Virus genome (UHGV): UHGV-0119950
Source of the DNA: a virus
Reading direction: 5' to 3' (one strand)
Length of the DNA stretch: 53,290 bases
The notes below the pieces were generated by a model. It searched no databases. It was given only the letters and a program-made list of their open reading frames with translations, and was not told where the DNA came from. Position 1 is the stretch's first letter; each line of letters opens with the position of its first letter. This document shows, in pieces, positions 24,386 through 34,004 of this stretch. The position numbers and the translations under genes are program-made.

Positions 24386-24653
24386 CCCGACAGCACTGCT
24401 TAACTCGATCACCTGCGCGGTGATAGTTCTTGTTCTGATGTTCTACCAGCGTCGGGGTGCACGTCACCGGCCTTTCATTTCGTTTCTGGCATATCTGACC
24501 GTGCTGGTTTACGCCGCCATTCCTTTGAAGTTCATTTTCGGCCTGTATCACGATTCAAACTGGTTTGTGGTACTGGTGAATATTCTGATTTGCGTTGCAG
24601 TTCTCTGGGTTCGTGGAAACGTGGCTCGACTTATTGACATGCTGCATAAATAA
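24375..24653 (+). CDS. Putative holin (three hydrophobic segments)
   Basis: 92 aa, TM-like stretches, charged C-terminus. Overlaps the upstream gene by 11 nt. Confidence 0.65.
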   Translation: MVSDPTALLNSITCAVIVLVLMFYQRRGARHRPFISFLAYLTVLVYAAIPLKFIFGLYHDSNWFVVLVNILICVAVLWVRGNVARLIDMLHK

Positions 24654-24789
24654 AAGACGAGTTGCAGCGACATCACTACAACCCGCCAAAGGTCACCAAA
24701 AGGTATTAGGATAAATCTTAATTCTAATTATGTTTTAAATCACTTCTTAAAGCATCCTTAAATCTGGTAGTTCCTGTACGGATAATTTT

Positions 24790-25419
24790 ATGAATCAACA
24801 ACAATTTCAGCACGCGGTTGGTGTAAGCGCCGGATTAGCTGTGCGCTGGTTTTCGCACATCGATGCAGCAATGAAAGAATTTGGCATCACTGCGCCGCTC
24901 GACCAGGCGATGTTCATCGCGCAGATGGGGCATGAGTCCGGCGGGTATGAAAAGCTGGTGGAAAGTCTGAACTACGCAGCCGATCGTCTTGTTCCCGTAT
25001 TCGGCAAGCACCGTATCACGGCACAGCAGGCTGCCGCACTCGGCAGAACGGCAACGCAACCAGCTAATCAGAAAGCGATAGGCAATCTGGTTTACGGTGG
25101 TGAATGGGGTAAAAAGAACCTGGGCAATCAGGTCGCTGGTGACGGCTGGAAATATCGTGGGCGCGGGCTGAAGCAAATCACAGGGTTAAGCAACTATCGC
25201 AAATGCGGCATGGCGCTAAAACTGGATCTGGTCACGCAGCCGGAATTGCTGGAACAGGACGAAAATGCAGCGCGTTCCGCAGCGTGGTTCTTTGCCACCA
25301 GCGGATGCCTTGTGTATTCCGGCGATGTGGAACGTATCACGATCATCATCAATGGCGGTAAAAACGGTCTTGATGACCGCCGTCACCGTTTCAATCTGGC
25401 AAAAGCCGTGCTGGTGTGA
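24790..25419 (+). CDS. Endolysin, glycoside hydrolase family 19 (chitinase-like)
   Basis: FIAQMGHESGG, KYRGRGLKQITGLSNY and INGGKNGLDDR are GH19 signatures. Confidence 0.9.
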   Translation: MNQQQFQHAVGVSAGLAVRWFSHIDAAMKEFGITAPLDQAMFIAQMGHESGGYEKLVESLNYAADRLVPVFGKHRITAQQAAALGRTATQPANQKAIGNLVYGGEWGKKNLGNQVAGDGWKYRGRGLKQITGLSNYRKCGMALKLDLVTQPELLEQDENAARSAAWFFATSGCLVYSGDVERITIIINGGKNGLDDRRHRFNLAKAVLV

Positions 25420-25426
25420 GGCAGCT

Positions 25427-25696
25427 ATGGGAATTGAAATGATTATCGGCCTGGCCGCAGCGGTGATTGCCGCTATCGCTGGTGCTTTCGGTTTCGGCCA
25501 TGCGCGCGGCACCAGCAAAGCGGAAGCCAAAGCAGACAAGCAGCGCACAGAAGAGAACGCCGCAGCAACGGTAGCGGCAGCAGAGCGCCGGGTGGAAGTA
25601 ACGAAAGAGGCCAGTAATGTACAGCAGACTGTTAACCATATGCGTGGCGACGATGTTGATCGCGAGCTGCGCGACAACTGGACCCGCAAGGATTGA
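25427..25696 (+). CDS. i-spanin (Rz-like)
   Basis: 89 aa from the ATG at 25427. N-terminal TM (IIGLAAAVIAAIAGAFGF), then a charged helical region. Follows the endolysin. Confidence 0.75.
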   Translation: MGIEMIIGLAAAVIAAIAGAFGFGHARGTSKAEAKADKQRTEENAAATVAAAERRVEVTKEASNVQQTVNHMRGDDVDRELRDNWTRKD

Positions 25697-25847
25697 GGTA
25701 GTGGACACGGCCTGCGATTGGGTTAAGCCCATCTACGGCACGGCTCACGACTGGGATGTGCTGGACAAGCAGACGAAGCGCGACATCCTGGCGCATAACA
25801 AAACGTGGCAGGCGAACTGCCATAAGAAGCAAGCAATGAGTTTATAA
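25617..25847 (+). CDS. o-spanin (Rz1-like lipoprotein), overlapping the i-spanin in another frame
   Basis: Signal peptide with lipobox MLIASC. Starts inside the i-spanin gene and extends beyond it. Confidence 0.75.
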   Translation: MYSRLLTICVATMLIASCATTGPARIEVVDTACDWVKPIYGTAHDWDVLDKQTKRDILAHNKTWQANCHKKQAMSL

Positions 25848-25905
25848 ATTAAAGATCTTCTACTTGTGTGCCGATTATGTTTCCATTCTTACTGTATGGA
25901 GATGG

Positions 25906-26271
25906 ATGCACATGAAAGTATTACAAACATTAGGCGGTTACCAAGGTGGTCAGGCCGGGATTTTTCAGTACAAAAGGAATAGCGATGGGGTAGTTATTGA
26001 TCCTACCGTCGGTATGAATGCTAATGCGGAAATCATTGAGATTTCTAACGATGATTGGAGTGGGATGATTAATCGGTTAGAAAACATTGGCAAGAAAGTC
26101 GTTGATTTGACGGAGATAAAACAAGAGATCGCAGATGAGCTCGGGATGAATAACACTGAGACTGCCGCCGTGGTTGCTATATTGGAACACGAAGGAACAT
26201 TCGACCATTATGGCGGATTTATCGGTGGCGGGGAGTCAGTTTCAATTCATCTACGTAGGGATGATGACTAA
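25906..26271 (+). CDS. Hypothetical 121-aa protein (AT-rich moron after lysis cassette)
   Basis: ATG at 25906 or 25912 after GGAG. Own terminator downstream. Composition differs from the flanks. Confidence 0.6.
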   Translation: MHMKVLQTLGGYQGGQAGIFQYKRNSDGVVIDPTVGMNANAEIIEISNDDWSGMINRLENIGKKVVDLTEIKQEIADELGMNNTETAAVVAILEHEGTFDHYGGFIGGGESVSIHLRRDDD

Positions 26272-26295
26272 TTCAAGCTGGTTTTAAGGGGACAG

Positions 26296-26318
26296 GCCTC
26301 GAATTCGCGAGGCTTTTT
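26296..26318 (+). terminator. Intrinsic terminator
   Basis: GCCTCG-AATTCG-CGAGGC followed by TTTTT. Confidence 0.8.
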
Positions 26319-26366
26319 ATTGCCATCACCATGGGCAGACCCATCGTAATGGCGAAATCACAGTAT

Positions 26367-26573
26367 TTATCGATATAACCGACCAAGTGCCTTAATGGCT
26401 GCGATTCTAATCTCTATATCATCACTTTGGCTTAATTTGTGTAGTTCCTGGGTAATGTTATCCGCTTGGCATCTACCTTCGCCTAACGCATAGATTGCAG
26501 CAAGTTTGATGTCTTTTGGCTGGGTCATCATCTGCAACAAAAGCATGTTAGCTATTGGTTGCGGCATGCTCAT
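26367..26573 (-). CDS. Small HEAT-repeat-like protein, 68 aa
   Basis: Start at MSMPQPI (SD AAGGGA). KLAAIYALGEG and IRIAAIKALGRL resemble PBS-lyase/HEAT repeat motifs. Confidence 0.5.
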   Translation of the reverse strand: MSMPQPIANMLLLQMMTQPKDIKLAAIYALGEGRCQADNITQELHKLSQSDDIEIRIAAIKALGRLYR

Positions 26574-26687
26574 ATTTATTCCCTTTAATGAGATAAACAC
26601 TGGTACTCACAGACAAGCTGGAAATGTGCTGTTGCGAGTACCTCATCGGTTTAAACGTGCATATACGTTTAACGCATATGCCAGTAT

Positions 26688-27125
26688 TTATGGATTTCCT
26701 AAGATTATCGCGTTATCTATACGATCCCAGCACTCAGTAAAATCAAACACCTTTTTTGCACTCGATACTGAGCCCCAGTGCTCCTTGAGATTCATAGCGT
26801 GGCGGTAAGTGGTTGCGATCGGATAGTCATGGTAGCCTTTTTCGTCAGCCACGATCGCGCGAGTTCTACCTTCGTCAAACCTTGTTATGCCATCGCGAGA
26901 AATGTGCATTATCGATGGGTTTAGCTCTCCGCCGTGCGTCATCCATTCTCTGATAGAAGTCAGTTTGGTGCTTATTGGGTCGTACCCATCCTCTTTGAAT
27001 TGAGCCAAGGCAACTTCTTTTGCCCAAGCACTGTTAACGATAAGAATCACTGCCTTATCGCTTTGATCTGAATTTTCGCAAATATTCCAGATTTTTTTAT
27101 AGGCGGGAGTTACACATCTAATCAT
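26688..27125 (-). CDS. Hypothetical 145-aa protein, possible ParB/Srx-fold (weak)
   Basis: Start at MIRCVTP (SD AGGAAG). PSIMHISRDGITRFDEGRTRAIVA resembles the ParB-like nuclease core (P-x-hydrophobic...DG-x-x-R-x-x-A). Start alternatives at 27158/27167. Confidence 0.55.
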   Translation of the reverse strand: MIRCVTPAYKKIWNICENSDQSDKAVILIVNSAWAKEVALAQFKEDGYDPISTKLTSIREWMTHGGELNPSIMHISRDGITRFDEGRTRAIVADEKGYHDYPIATTYRHAMNLKEHWGSVSSAKKVFDFTECWDRIDNAIILGNP

Positions 27126-27235
27126 TGTTCTTCCTTTTCTATCAGCCACTGGAATCATTATCGTCAATTCACTGAGAAAGCTTAAGCGTATTTCACTTTA
27201 TGGCGACCATCGAATCAAAATAACGGAGTAAAACA

Positions 27236-28222
27236 ATGGCAAAACCGGACTGGGGCGAGCTTCAGCAACGGTTCCTGTCCGACAATGCCGCTACCGGCGT
27301 ATCACCGAAGGATTGGTGTGAAGCGCAGGGACTGAATTACGCAACAGCCCGCCGATACATAAAAAGACCAACTGCGCAAAAACCTGCGCAGAAAAAATTG
27401 CGCACTGCGCAAAAGGAAAAATGCGCAAAAGAGTTGGTGGATGATGACGGTCTTACTGCTCAGCAGCGTTTATTTGTTGCGGAGTACCTGAAGGATAACA
27501 ATGCCACGCAGGCTGCCATTCGTGCCGGGTACAGCAAGAAGACTGCTGAACAAATTGGGTATCAACTTCTTCAGAAAACTTCAGTTGCGCAGGCAATTGC
27601 GCAGCAGCAGAAAGAATCGTTAATGCGCACACTCGGCAGCGCAGACGAGGTGCTTGCGCAGATGTGGCAACTCGCCACTTTCGACGCAAATCAGCTTTCG
27701 CAATATCGTCGTGGCTGCTGCCGCTACTGCTGGGGCTTTGGTCATCAGTATCAGTGGCGTGACGCAGTTGAGTATGAAGAGAAGCGACTCGAAGCGATTG
27801 AACGCAAACGTCGCGAGCCTGAGGACGTGGGCGGATATGGATATGACCATACGCAGGAACCAAATCCTGATTGCCCGCGCTGTAATGGTGATGGCATTGG
27901 TCAGCCGTTCTTTGCCGACACGCGCAAACTGGCACCTGATGCTGCGCTTGCCTATTCCGGCGTTAAGCTCGGCAAGTACGGCGTTGAAATTACCGCGATA
28001 AGCCGCGAACGGATGTTTGAAGCCGTAATGAAGCGCCTCGGCCTGGCAGACAGTGAATTTGCTCAGCGCCTGCAACAATTGGAAATTGAACGACGACAAT
28101 TGGAGGTTGACAAACTTCGATGGGAGATAGCCCTGGATAAAAACCCAGCGGGATTTGAAGAGGATTATCAACTTCAGCCAATAACTCCCGATGAGGAACC
28201 TCCAGATGATCCAATCCTCTAA
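27236..28222 (+). CDS. Terminase small subunit (Terminase_2/P27-type core with long extensions)
   Basis: LTAQQRLFVAEYLKDNNATQAAIRAGYSKKTAEQIGYQLLQKTSVAQAI is the classic TerS HTH core. Immediately upstream of TerL. Confidence 0.88.
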   Translation: MAKPDWGELQQRFLSDNAATGVSPKDWCEAQGLNYATARRYIKRPTAQKPAQKKLRTAQKEKCAKELVDDDGLTAQQRLFVAEYLKDNNATQAAIRAGYSKKTAEQIGYQLLQKTSVAQAIAQQQKESLMRTLGSADEVLAQMWQLATFDANQLSQYRRGCCRYCWGFGHQYQWRDAVEYEEKRLEAIERKRREPEDVGGYGYDHTQEPNPDCPRCNGDGIGQPFFADTRKLAPDAALAYSGVKLGKYGVEITAISRERMFEAVMKRLGLADSEFAQRLQQLEIERRQLEVDKLRWEIALDKNPAGFEEDYQLQPITPDEEPPDDPIL

Positions 28223-29519
28223 TAGCGATGCCGTCAGCCTGACACCGAAACAGGCAAATATTTACGTCTGGGGGTGGCAGCGTTCAGCGCGTTTCAGAGA
28301 TGCTGTATGTGGTCGCCGATTTGGTAAAACATTCCTGGGCAAAGCGGAGATGCGCAGAGCCGCCAGGCTGGCGCAGAAATGGAAAGTCAGTGTAGAGGAT
28401 GAAATCTGGTACTGCGCGCCAACCCAAAAACAGGCAAAGCGTGTTTTCTGGCGGAGGCTGAAACAATCAATACCTCCACACTGGCGGGCATCGAAGCCGA
28501 ACGAGACTGAATTATCGATCACACTCAAAAGCGGCCATATAATGCGATGCGTCGGGTTGAATAACTATGATGATTTGCGTGGTTCTGGCTTGTTTTTCGT
28601 GCTGGTGGATGAATGGGCGGATTGTCCCTATGCAGCGTGGGAGGAAGTATTGCGCCCGATGCTGTCGACATGTCGGTATATCGTAAACGGTGTGCAGTAT
28701 ATAGGCGGGCATGCTCTTCGAATTGGCACACCCAAGGGATTCAACCATTGCTATGATTCATGGCTTGCCGGGCAGGACAACCGAGAACCTGATCATAAAA
28801 GCTGGCTTTATACTTCTGTGGATGGCGGAAATGTCCCGCCTGAAGAGCTTGCAGCTGCTCGCCGGCGAATGGACCCTAGGACATTCAGGCAGGAATATGA
28901 AGCCTCTTTCGAAAACTATCAGGGCGTTGTCTATTACTGCTTTGATCGCCGTAAAAATCATACTGATGAGATCGTTAAACCTGGTGAAGCGCTTCATATT
29001 GGCATGGACTTTAACGTAGGGAAAATGGCGGCAGTGGTATACGTGCTGCGTGATGGACTTCCCCGCGCTGTAGATGAGTTTATGGATATTTTCGATACTC
29101 CCGCAATGATTGAAGCGATTAAGACGCGGTATGCAGAAGGGAAACACACAATCAGTATTTATCCTGATGCTTCGGGGAAAAACCGGAAGTCCAGCAACGC
29201 CAGTGAGTCCGATATTTCACTTCTCTATGATGCCGGATTCTCTGTGCTGGTTAACGACAGCAACCCGGCAGTAAGGGACAGGATAAATGCGGTTAACTCT
29301 ATGTTGTGCAATACCTACGGTGAGCGCAGGATGATGGTTAATACGGTAACCTGCCCGAAATTCACTCAATGCCTTGAGCGACAGGTTTATAACGATAAAG
29401 GTGAGCCTGATAAGAAAGGCGGCTTTGACCACGGCAATGATGGCGGTGGTTATCCAATCGTGTTCCTGTTCCCTGTTAACGCTACAGCGTTCGACATCAC
29501 CCTCGATACGACATTCTGA
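28206..29519 (+). CDS. Terminase large subunit
   Basis: Walker A CGRRFGKT, Walker B FFVLVDEW, C-terminal nuclease-like region. ATG at 28206 follows GAGGA. Confidence 0.9.
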   Translation: MIQSSNSDAVSLTPKQANIYVWGWQRSARFRDAVCGRRFGKTFLGKAEMRRAARLAQKWKVSVEDEIWYCAPTQKQAKRVFWRRLKQSIPPHWRASKPNETELSITLKSGHIMRCVGLNNYDDLRGSGLFFVLVDEWADCPYAAWEEVLRPMLSTCRYIVNGVQYIGGHALRIGTPKGFNHCYDSWLAGQDNREPDHKSWLYTSVDGGNVPPEELAAARRRMDPRTFRQEYEASFENYQGVVYYCFDRRKNHTDEIVKPGEALHIGMDFNVGKMAAVVYVLRDGLPRAVDEFMDIFDTPAMIEAIKTRYAEGKHTISIYPDASGKNRKSSNASESDISLLYDAGFSVLVNDSNPAVRDRINAVNSMLCNTYGERRMMVNTVTCPKFTQCLERQVYNDKGEPDKKGGFDHGNDGGGYPIVFLFPVNATAFDITLDTTF

Positions 29520-29520
29520 T

Positions 29521-30924
29521 ATGGCAAATAATGATATTACCTTTGTCCGTCCTGAGGTCAGGGCGGCAATGCCCGTGTGGAAAAAAATTCGCGATGTTTG
29601 TAAGGGGGCGGATGCCGTTAAGGCAGAAGGGAACGCGTATCTCCCGTATCTCGATCCCTCCGATAAATCAGCGCGAAACAAAAAACGCAATGAGGCGTAC
29701 ATTGAAAGAGCAGTTTTCTATGCGGTAACGGGAAATACGAAAATCGGCCTGATGGGCCTTGCCTTTCGTAAAGACCCGACTCTGACCGCGCCGGAAAAGC
29801 TCACTTACGTTCAGAACAATGCTGATGGTGCCGGGACAAGTATCTACCAGCAGGCGCAGCAGGTGCTTGAAAATGTTCTTGAGGTGGCCCGTGACGGGCT
29901 TTATGTTGATTATGCCAGCGCCAGCGATGAAGCCATCATTCTCCGCTATCTGGCAGAGAACATCATAAACTGGCGCACGGAAAGGATTAACGGACGCGAT
30001 CAGCTAGTGCTGGTGGTGCTGCGCGAGTGCATTGAAGAGCCTGACGGTTACGGATTTCAGGAACGCATCCAGTATCGTGAACTGGCGCTGGAGAAGGGAA
30101 AATTCGTTTGCCGGGTCTGGCGCAGGTCGGGTGATACGCAATCCGGGGCGTATGAAGTCAGCACCGAGTACTGGCCTAAGCCCAAAGGAGAAAACTACTG
30201 GGATGAAATCCCGTTCACCTTTGTTGGTGCGCAAAATAACGACCCGACAATTGATGAATCCCCACTTGCAGCGCTGACAGAAATTAATATGGGTCATTAC
30301 CGGAATTCCGCTGACTATGAGGACAGTGTGTTTTTCTGCGGTCAGGTGCAGCCGGTTATTACTGGTCTTGATACAAACTGGCGAGACTGGTTGCAAAAGG
30401 CTGGCATTAAAGTTGGTTCCAGAACGCCATTCTTACTTCCGAAAGACGGAAGTTTCACCTACGCACAGGCGCAACCTAATACCCTCGCTAAAGAGGCAAT
30501 GGACAGCAAGCGTGATTATATGGTGCAGCTCGGAGCCCGGTTAATTGAGCAGAATTCTGCTGTCAAAACAGCCACGCAGGCTACCGGAGAGCAGACGTCA
30601 TCGACTTCTGTTCTGGGTATCTGCGCAGCGAACGTCACTGAAGCCTATGGGCGAGTTCTCGCGTGGTGCGCGCGCTATCTTGGTGTGAAAAATGAAACAC
30701 CGACATTCGTTATCAGTCAGGAGTTTATCGCCAGAGTGGCTGAGTCAGGGATAGTCACAGCTATTGTTGCGGCATGGCAGTCCGGCGCGATTCGTGATTC
30801 CGATATGGTACGCGCGTTGCAGAAACTGGACATCATAGACCCCGCTGACAGCGTTGAAGATGTGATCGACACAATCCGCAATCAGGAGCCAACGTTGATC
30901 GGAGGCGGGAATGGCGACGGTTAA
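29521..30924 (+). CDS. Portal protein
   Basis: 467 aa from the ATG at 29521, directly after the TerL stop. Size and position are right for a portal. Resembles the DUF4055-type portal as remembered. Confidence 0.8.
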   Translation: MANNDITFVRPEVRAAMPVWKKIRDVCKGADAVKAEGNAYLPYLDPSDKSARNKKRNEAYIERAVFYAVTGNTKIGLMGLAFRKDPTLTAPEKLTYVQNNADGAGTSIYQQAQQVLENVLEVARDGLYVDYASASDEAIILRYLAENIINWRTERINGRDQLVLVVLRECIEEPDGYGFQERIQYRELALEKGKFVCRVWRRSGDTQSGAYEVSTEYWPKPKGENYWDEIPFTFVGAQNNDPTIDESPLAALTEINMGHYRNSADYEDSVFFCGQVQPVITGLDTNWRDWLQKAGIKVGSRTPFLLPKDGSFTYAQAQPNTLAKEAMDSKRDYMVQLGARLIEQNSAVKTATQATGEQTSSTSVLGICAANVTEAYGRVLAWCARYLGVKNETPTFVISQEFIARVAESGIVTAIVAAWQSGAIRDSDMVRALQKLDIIDPADSVEDVIDTIRNQEPTLIGGGNGDG

Positions 30925-32023
30925 CGAGCAACTGCGTGATGAATCAATCGCGCACGCTATCTGGATTAGTCGTTACAGTACCGGCGTTGCCAACAGGATG
31001 GTGAAGCTGCTCAACGAAAGTGATGCTGAGCTGACAGCGCGCCTGCTGGTGGCTATGGATGGGCTTGATGCAGACAGTTTCACTGTAACGCGCCTTCAGG
31101 CATTACTCGCCAGTGTCAGGGCAGTGAACCATCAGGCGATTCAGTCAGTGCTACAAGGGTTGTCCACTGAACTGAATGACCTGGCTCAGCATGAGGCTGG
31201 TTATCAGTTGAGCCTGTTTGATTCTCTTCTGCCTGATTTTGTGACCAACGTGCATCCTCTGGTGGGTATCTCTCCTGACGCGGTTTACGCGGCGGCGATG
31301 GCGAAACCCTTTCAGGGACGATTGCTCAGCGAATGGGCGTCAAACCTCGAAGCGGATCGCCTGAACCGTATCATCAATACAGTGCGACAGGGCTTTTTGC
31401 TGGGCGATACGACAGAGCAGATAGCGCGCAAGGTTCGCGGCCACGCTAATCGTGGATACCAGGATGGTGCGTTACAGATGAGTCGCGCCAATGCCGCCAG
31501 TATCGCGAAAACGGCGGTGGGGCATCTTGCGGCGACGGCGCGTAACAGTTTCGTCAGTGCCAATGACGACATCATTAAGGCGAGGCAGCAACTATCGACC
31601 CTGGACAACAGGACGTCATCTCAATGCAGAATAAGGGACCGTCTGCAATGGACGTTAGATAAGAAACCAATCGGGCATAAAATTCCATACCTCCAGGGCG
31701 CTGGGCGATTGCATTTCTGTTGCCGCTCAACCGAGACCTACGTTCTCAAATCAGCGAAAGAACTGGGTATCGATGTTCGCGATATCCCGCCAGCGGAACG
31801 CGCCAGCATGGATGGTGTTGTGCCCGGCGATACCAATTATCAGGAATGGTTCTCGCGCCAGTCGTTCGATCGCCAGAAGCAGATCGTCGGCGAGAAACGC
31901 GCGCGGCTGATGCGTGACGGCGGCATGTCACCGGATGAGTTTTACACCGACAAAGGCGAATGGCTGACGCTGGCGCAGTTGCGGGAACGTGATACACAGG
32001 CGTTTAAAGAGGCGAGGTTGTGA
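30911..32023 (+). CDS. Head morphogenesis protein (SPP1 gp7 / Mu F-like)
   Basis: 370 aa, follows the portal. Conserved-looking central region and CCRS motif typical of MuF-like minor head proteins. Confidence 0.7.
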   Translation: MATVNEQLRDESIAHAIWISRYSTGVANRMVKLLNESDAELTARLLVAMDGLDADSFTVTRLQALLASVRAVNHQAIQSVLQGLSTELNDLAQHEAGYQLSLFDSLLPDFVTNVHPLVGISPDAVYAAAMAKPFQGRLLSEWASNLEADRLNRIINTVRQGFLLGDTTEQIARKVRGHANRGYQDGALQMSRANAASIAKTAVGHLAATARNSFVSANDDIIKARQQLSTLDNRTSSQCRIRDRLQWTLDKKPIGHKIPYLQGAGRLHFCCRSTETYVLKSAKELGIDVRDIPPAERASMDGVVPGDTNYQEWFSRQSFDRQKQIVGEKRARLMRDGGMSPDEFYTDKGEWLTLAQLRERDTQAFKEARL

Positions 32024-32052
32024 TATCTTATTTAGACCAACAGGAGGTGATA

Positions 32053-32166
32053 ATGATTATCCAGTTAATCACAATAGCCTTAGGTCTGGCTGCAATAGTT
32101 ATATCCAGTCGTTCAATTTATGAAATGTGGAAATTCGAACGGGAATACAAAAAGAAAGGTCGCTAA
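32053..32166 (+). CDS. Small membrane protein, 37 aa, below the ORF-track cutoff
   Basis: MIIQLITIALGLAAIVISSRSIYEMWKFEREYKKKGR. SD GGAGGTGA. Terminator at its 3-prime end. Confidence 0.45.
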   Translation: MIIQLITIALGLAAIVISSRSIYEMWKFEREYKKKGR

Positions 32167-32179
32167 GGCGGCCTTTTTT
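32157..32179 (+). terminator. Intrinsic terminator
   Basis: GGTCGC-TAAG-GCGGCC followed by T6. Confidence 0.7.
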
Positions 32180-32198
32180 ATTATCTGAAATTCACAAC

Positions 32199-32223
32199 AG
32201 GCTGCCTCCGGGCGGCCTTTTTT
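32199..32223 (+). terminator. Intrinsic terminator (second of a tandem pair)
   Basis: GGCTGCC-TCCG-GGCGGCC followed by T6. Confidence 0.75.
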
Positions 32224-32262
32224 ATTGGGCCAGGCCCACACTGAATATCCCAAGGGGACAAC

Positions 32263-33042
32263 ATGCTTATTCGTAACATGCTCATCAAATATTACGCACC
32301 GGCTGGTGAAGAAGATAACTCTGGCGGTGGTGGCGATGGCGCACCAGACATTACGCCGGAAATTCAGAAGCTGATTGATGAGCAGGTATCGGCTCAGGTG
32401 TCAGGGCTGAAAAACAAAAATACAGAGCTGCTCGGAAAGCTCAAGGAGTCAACCGAGTCCCTCAAACGTTTTGACGGTATCGACCCTGACGCTGTTCGCA
32501 GCATTCTGCAACGTTTTTCCGACGACGAAGAAGCAAAGCTGATCGCCGATGGAAAAATTGATGAGGTGCTGAACAAACGTACTGAACGTTTACGCGCTGA
32601 CGTTGATAAGCAAATCAAGGCCGCTAACGAGCGTGCGGATAAAGCTGAAGCGTTCTCGAATAAATTCCGGGATCGGGTGCTGGCTGATGCAATTCGCGCG
32701 GCGGCTGCAACCGTCGGCGCGCTGCCTGAAGCGTCCGACGACCTGATCCTCCGTGCCAAAGGCACATTCCAGCTCAACGACGAAGGCGAGGCCGTAGCTG
32801 TTGATGCAAACGGTGATGTTCTGTTCGGCAAAGACGGCAAGACCCCGTTAAGCCCTGCTGAGTGGGCGGAATCCCTGAAAGAATCCGCGCCGCACCTGTT
32901 CCCCCGCGCTGAAGGCACAGATGCAGGTGGTCATAAGCAGCAGGGAAGCGGCGCTCTTAAACGCTCTGAAATGACATCGGCCGATAAAACAGCCTACATC
33001 CGTAAACACGGACAACAGGCCTTCCTCAGGTTACCAAAGTAA
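32263..33042 (+). CDS. Scaffolding protein
   Basis: 259 aa, highly charged and helical. Immediately upstream of the major capsid gene. Confidence 0.7.
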   Translation: MLIRNMLIKYYAPAGEEDNSGGGGDGAPDITPEIQKLIDEQVSAQVSGLKNKNTELLGKLKESTESLKRFDGIDPDAVRSILQRFSDDEEAKLIADGKIDEVLNKRTERLRADVDKQIKAANERADKAEAFSNKFRDRVLADAIRAAAATVGALPEASDDLILRAKGTFQLNDEGEAVAVDANGDVLFGKDGKTPLSPAEWAESLKESAPHLFPRAEGTDAGGHKQQGSGALKRSEMTSADKTAYIRKHGQQAFLRLPK

Positions 33043-33051
33043 GGAACAACA

Positions 33052-33999
33052 ATGGCTACGACCGTTAATACTGATCTGATTATTTATGACGATCTCGCGC
33101 AAACTGCGTTTCTGGAGCGCCGTCAGGATAATCTGGATGTTTTTAACCAGGCGTCTAATGGTGCAATCATTCTCGATAACGAACTGATCGAAGGTGATTT
33201 CCGTAAGCGCGCTTTCTATAAAGTCGGCGGTTCTATCGAAGCGCGTGACGTTAACTCTACTGACCCGGTAACGGGTAAAAAAATCGGTGCGGGCGAGTCC
33301 GTCAGCGTAAAAGCACCGTGGAAATATGGCCCGTACGAAACTACGGAAGAAGCGTTCAAGCGTCGTGGACGTGATGTGAGCGAGTTTTCTGAGGTGATCG
33401 GTGTCGATGTGGCTGATGCCACGCTGGAAGGCTATATCAAATACGCACTTCAGGGGCTGATTGCTGCTATTGGCGCTAACGCTGATATGGTCGTGACTGC
33501 GGATATTGCCACTGATGGCAAGAAAACGCTGACTCGCGGCCTGCGCACCTACGGCGATAAGTTCAACCGCGTTTCCCTGTTCGTCATGCACTCCACTACC
33601 TACTTCGATATTGTTGATCAGGCTATCGACAACAAAATCTACGAAGAAGCGGGCGTGGTCGTGTACGGCGGTCAGCCAGGTACGCTGGGTAAACCGGTTC
33701 TGGTAACCGATACGATGCCTGTTGATGCAATTCTGGGGCTGGTGGCCGGTGCTGTATCAGTAACTGAGTCTCAGGCGCCGGGGTTTCGCTCCTATGACAT
33801 CAACGACCAGGAAAACCTCGCGATCGGCTATCGTGCTGAAGGTACGGTGAACGTCGAACTGCTGGGGTACAGCTGGGACACCACCAAAGGCGAAAACCCG
33901 GACCTTACCGCCATTGGCACGCAGGGGAACTGGAAGAAACACTTCACCAGCAACAAATCCACTGCGGGGGTTTTGATTCAGCTCGGCGGCGGCAGCTAA
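33052..33999 (+). CDS. Major capsid protein
   Basis: 315 aa. Position after the scaffold, strong SD, strong terminator downstream (typical high-expression unit). Confidence 0.8.
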   Translation: MATTVNTDLIIYDDLAQTAFLERRQDNLDVFNQASNGAIILDNELIEGDFRKRAFYKVGGSIEARDVNSTDPVTGKKIGAGESVSVKAPWKYGPYETTEEAFKRRGRDVSEFSEVIGVDVADATLEGYIKYALQGLIAAIGANADMVVTADIATDGKKTLTRGLRTYGDKFNRVSLFVMHSTTYFDIVDQAIDNKIYEEAGVVVYGGQPGTLGKPVLVTDTMPVDAILGLVAGAVSVTESQAPGFRSYDINDQENLAIGYRAEGTVNVELLGYSWDTTKGENPDLTAIGTQGNWKKHFTSNKSTAGVLIQLGGGS

Positions 34000-34004
34000 T
34001 CACC

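Noticed and set aside
24654-24789. 136-nt AT-rich gap between the holin and endolysin genes, with repeated CTTAAA-like words
   Set aside because: The repeats are short and imperfect, and no hairpin or ORF emerges. It is probably just a recombination scar or spacer, which is too weak to report as a finding.
27453-28171. 160-aa and 183-aa minus-strand ORFs inside the small-terminase gene
   Set aside because: They are antisense to a gene with a clear TerS HTH core. These are shadow ORFs.
32394-33591. 174-aa and 186-aa minus-strand ORFs inside the scaffold and major capsid genes
   Set aside because: Both are antisense shadows of highly expressed structural genes. Their translations are Ser/Ala/Arg-rich, and there are no independent signals.
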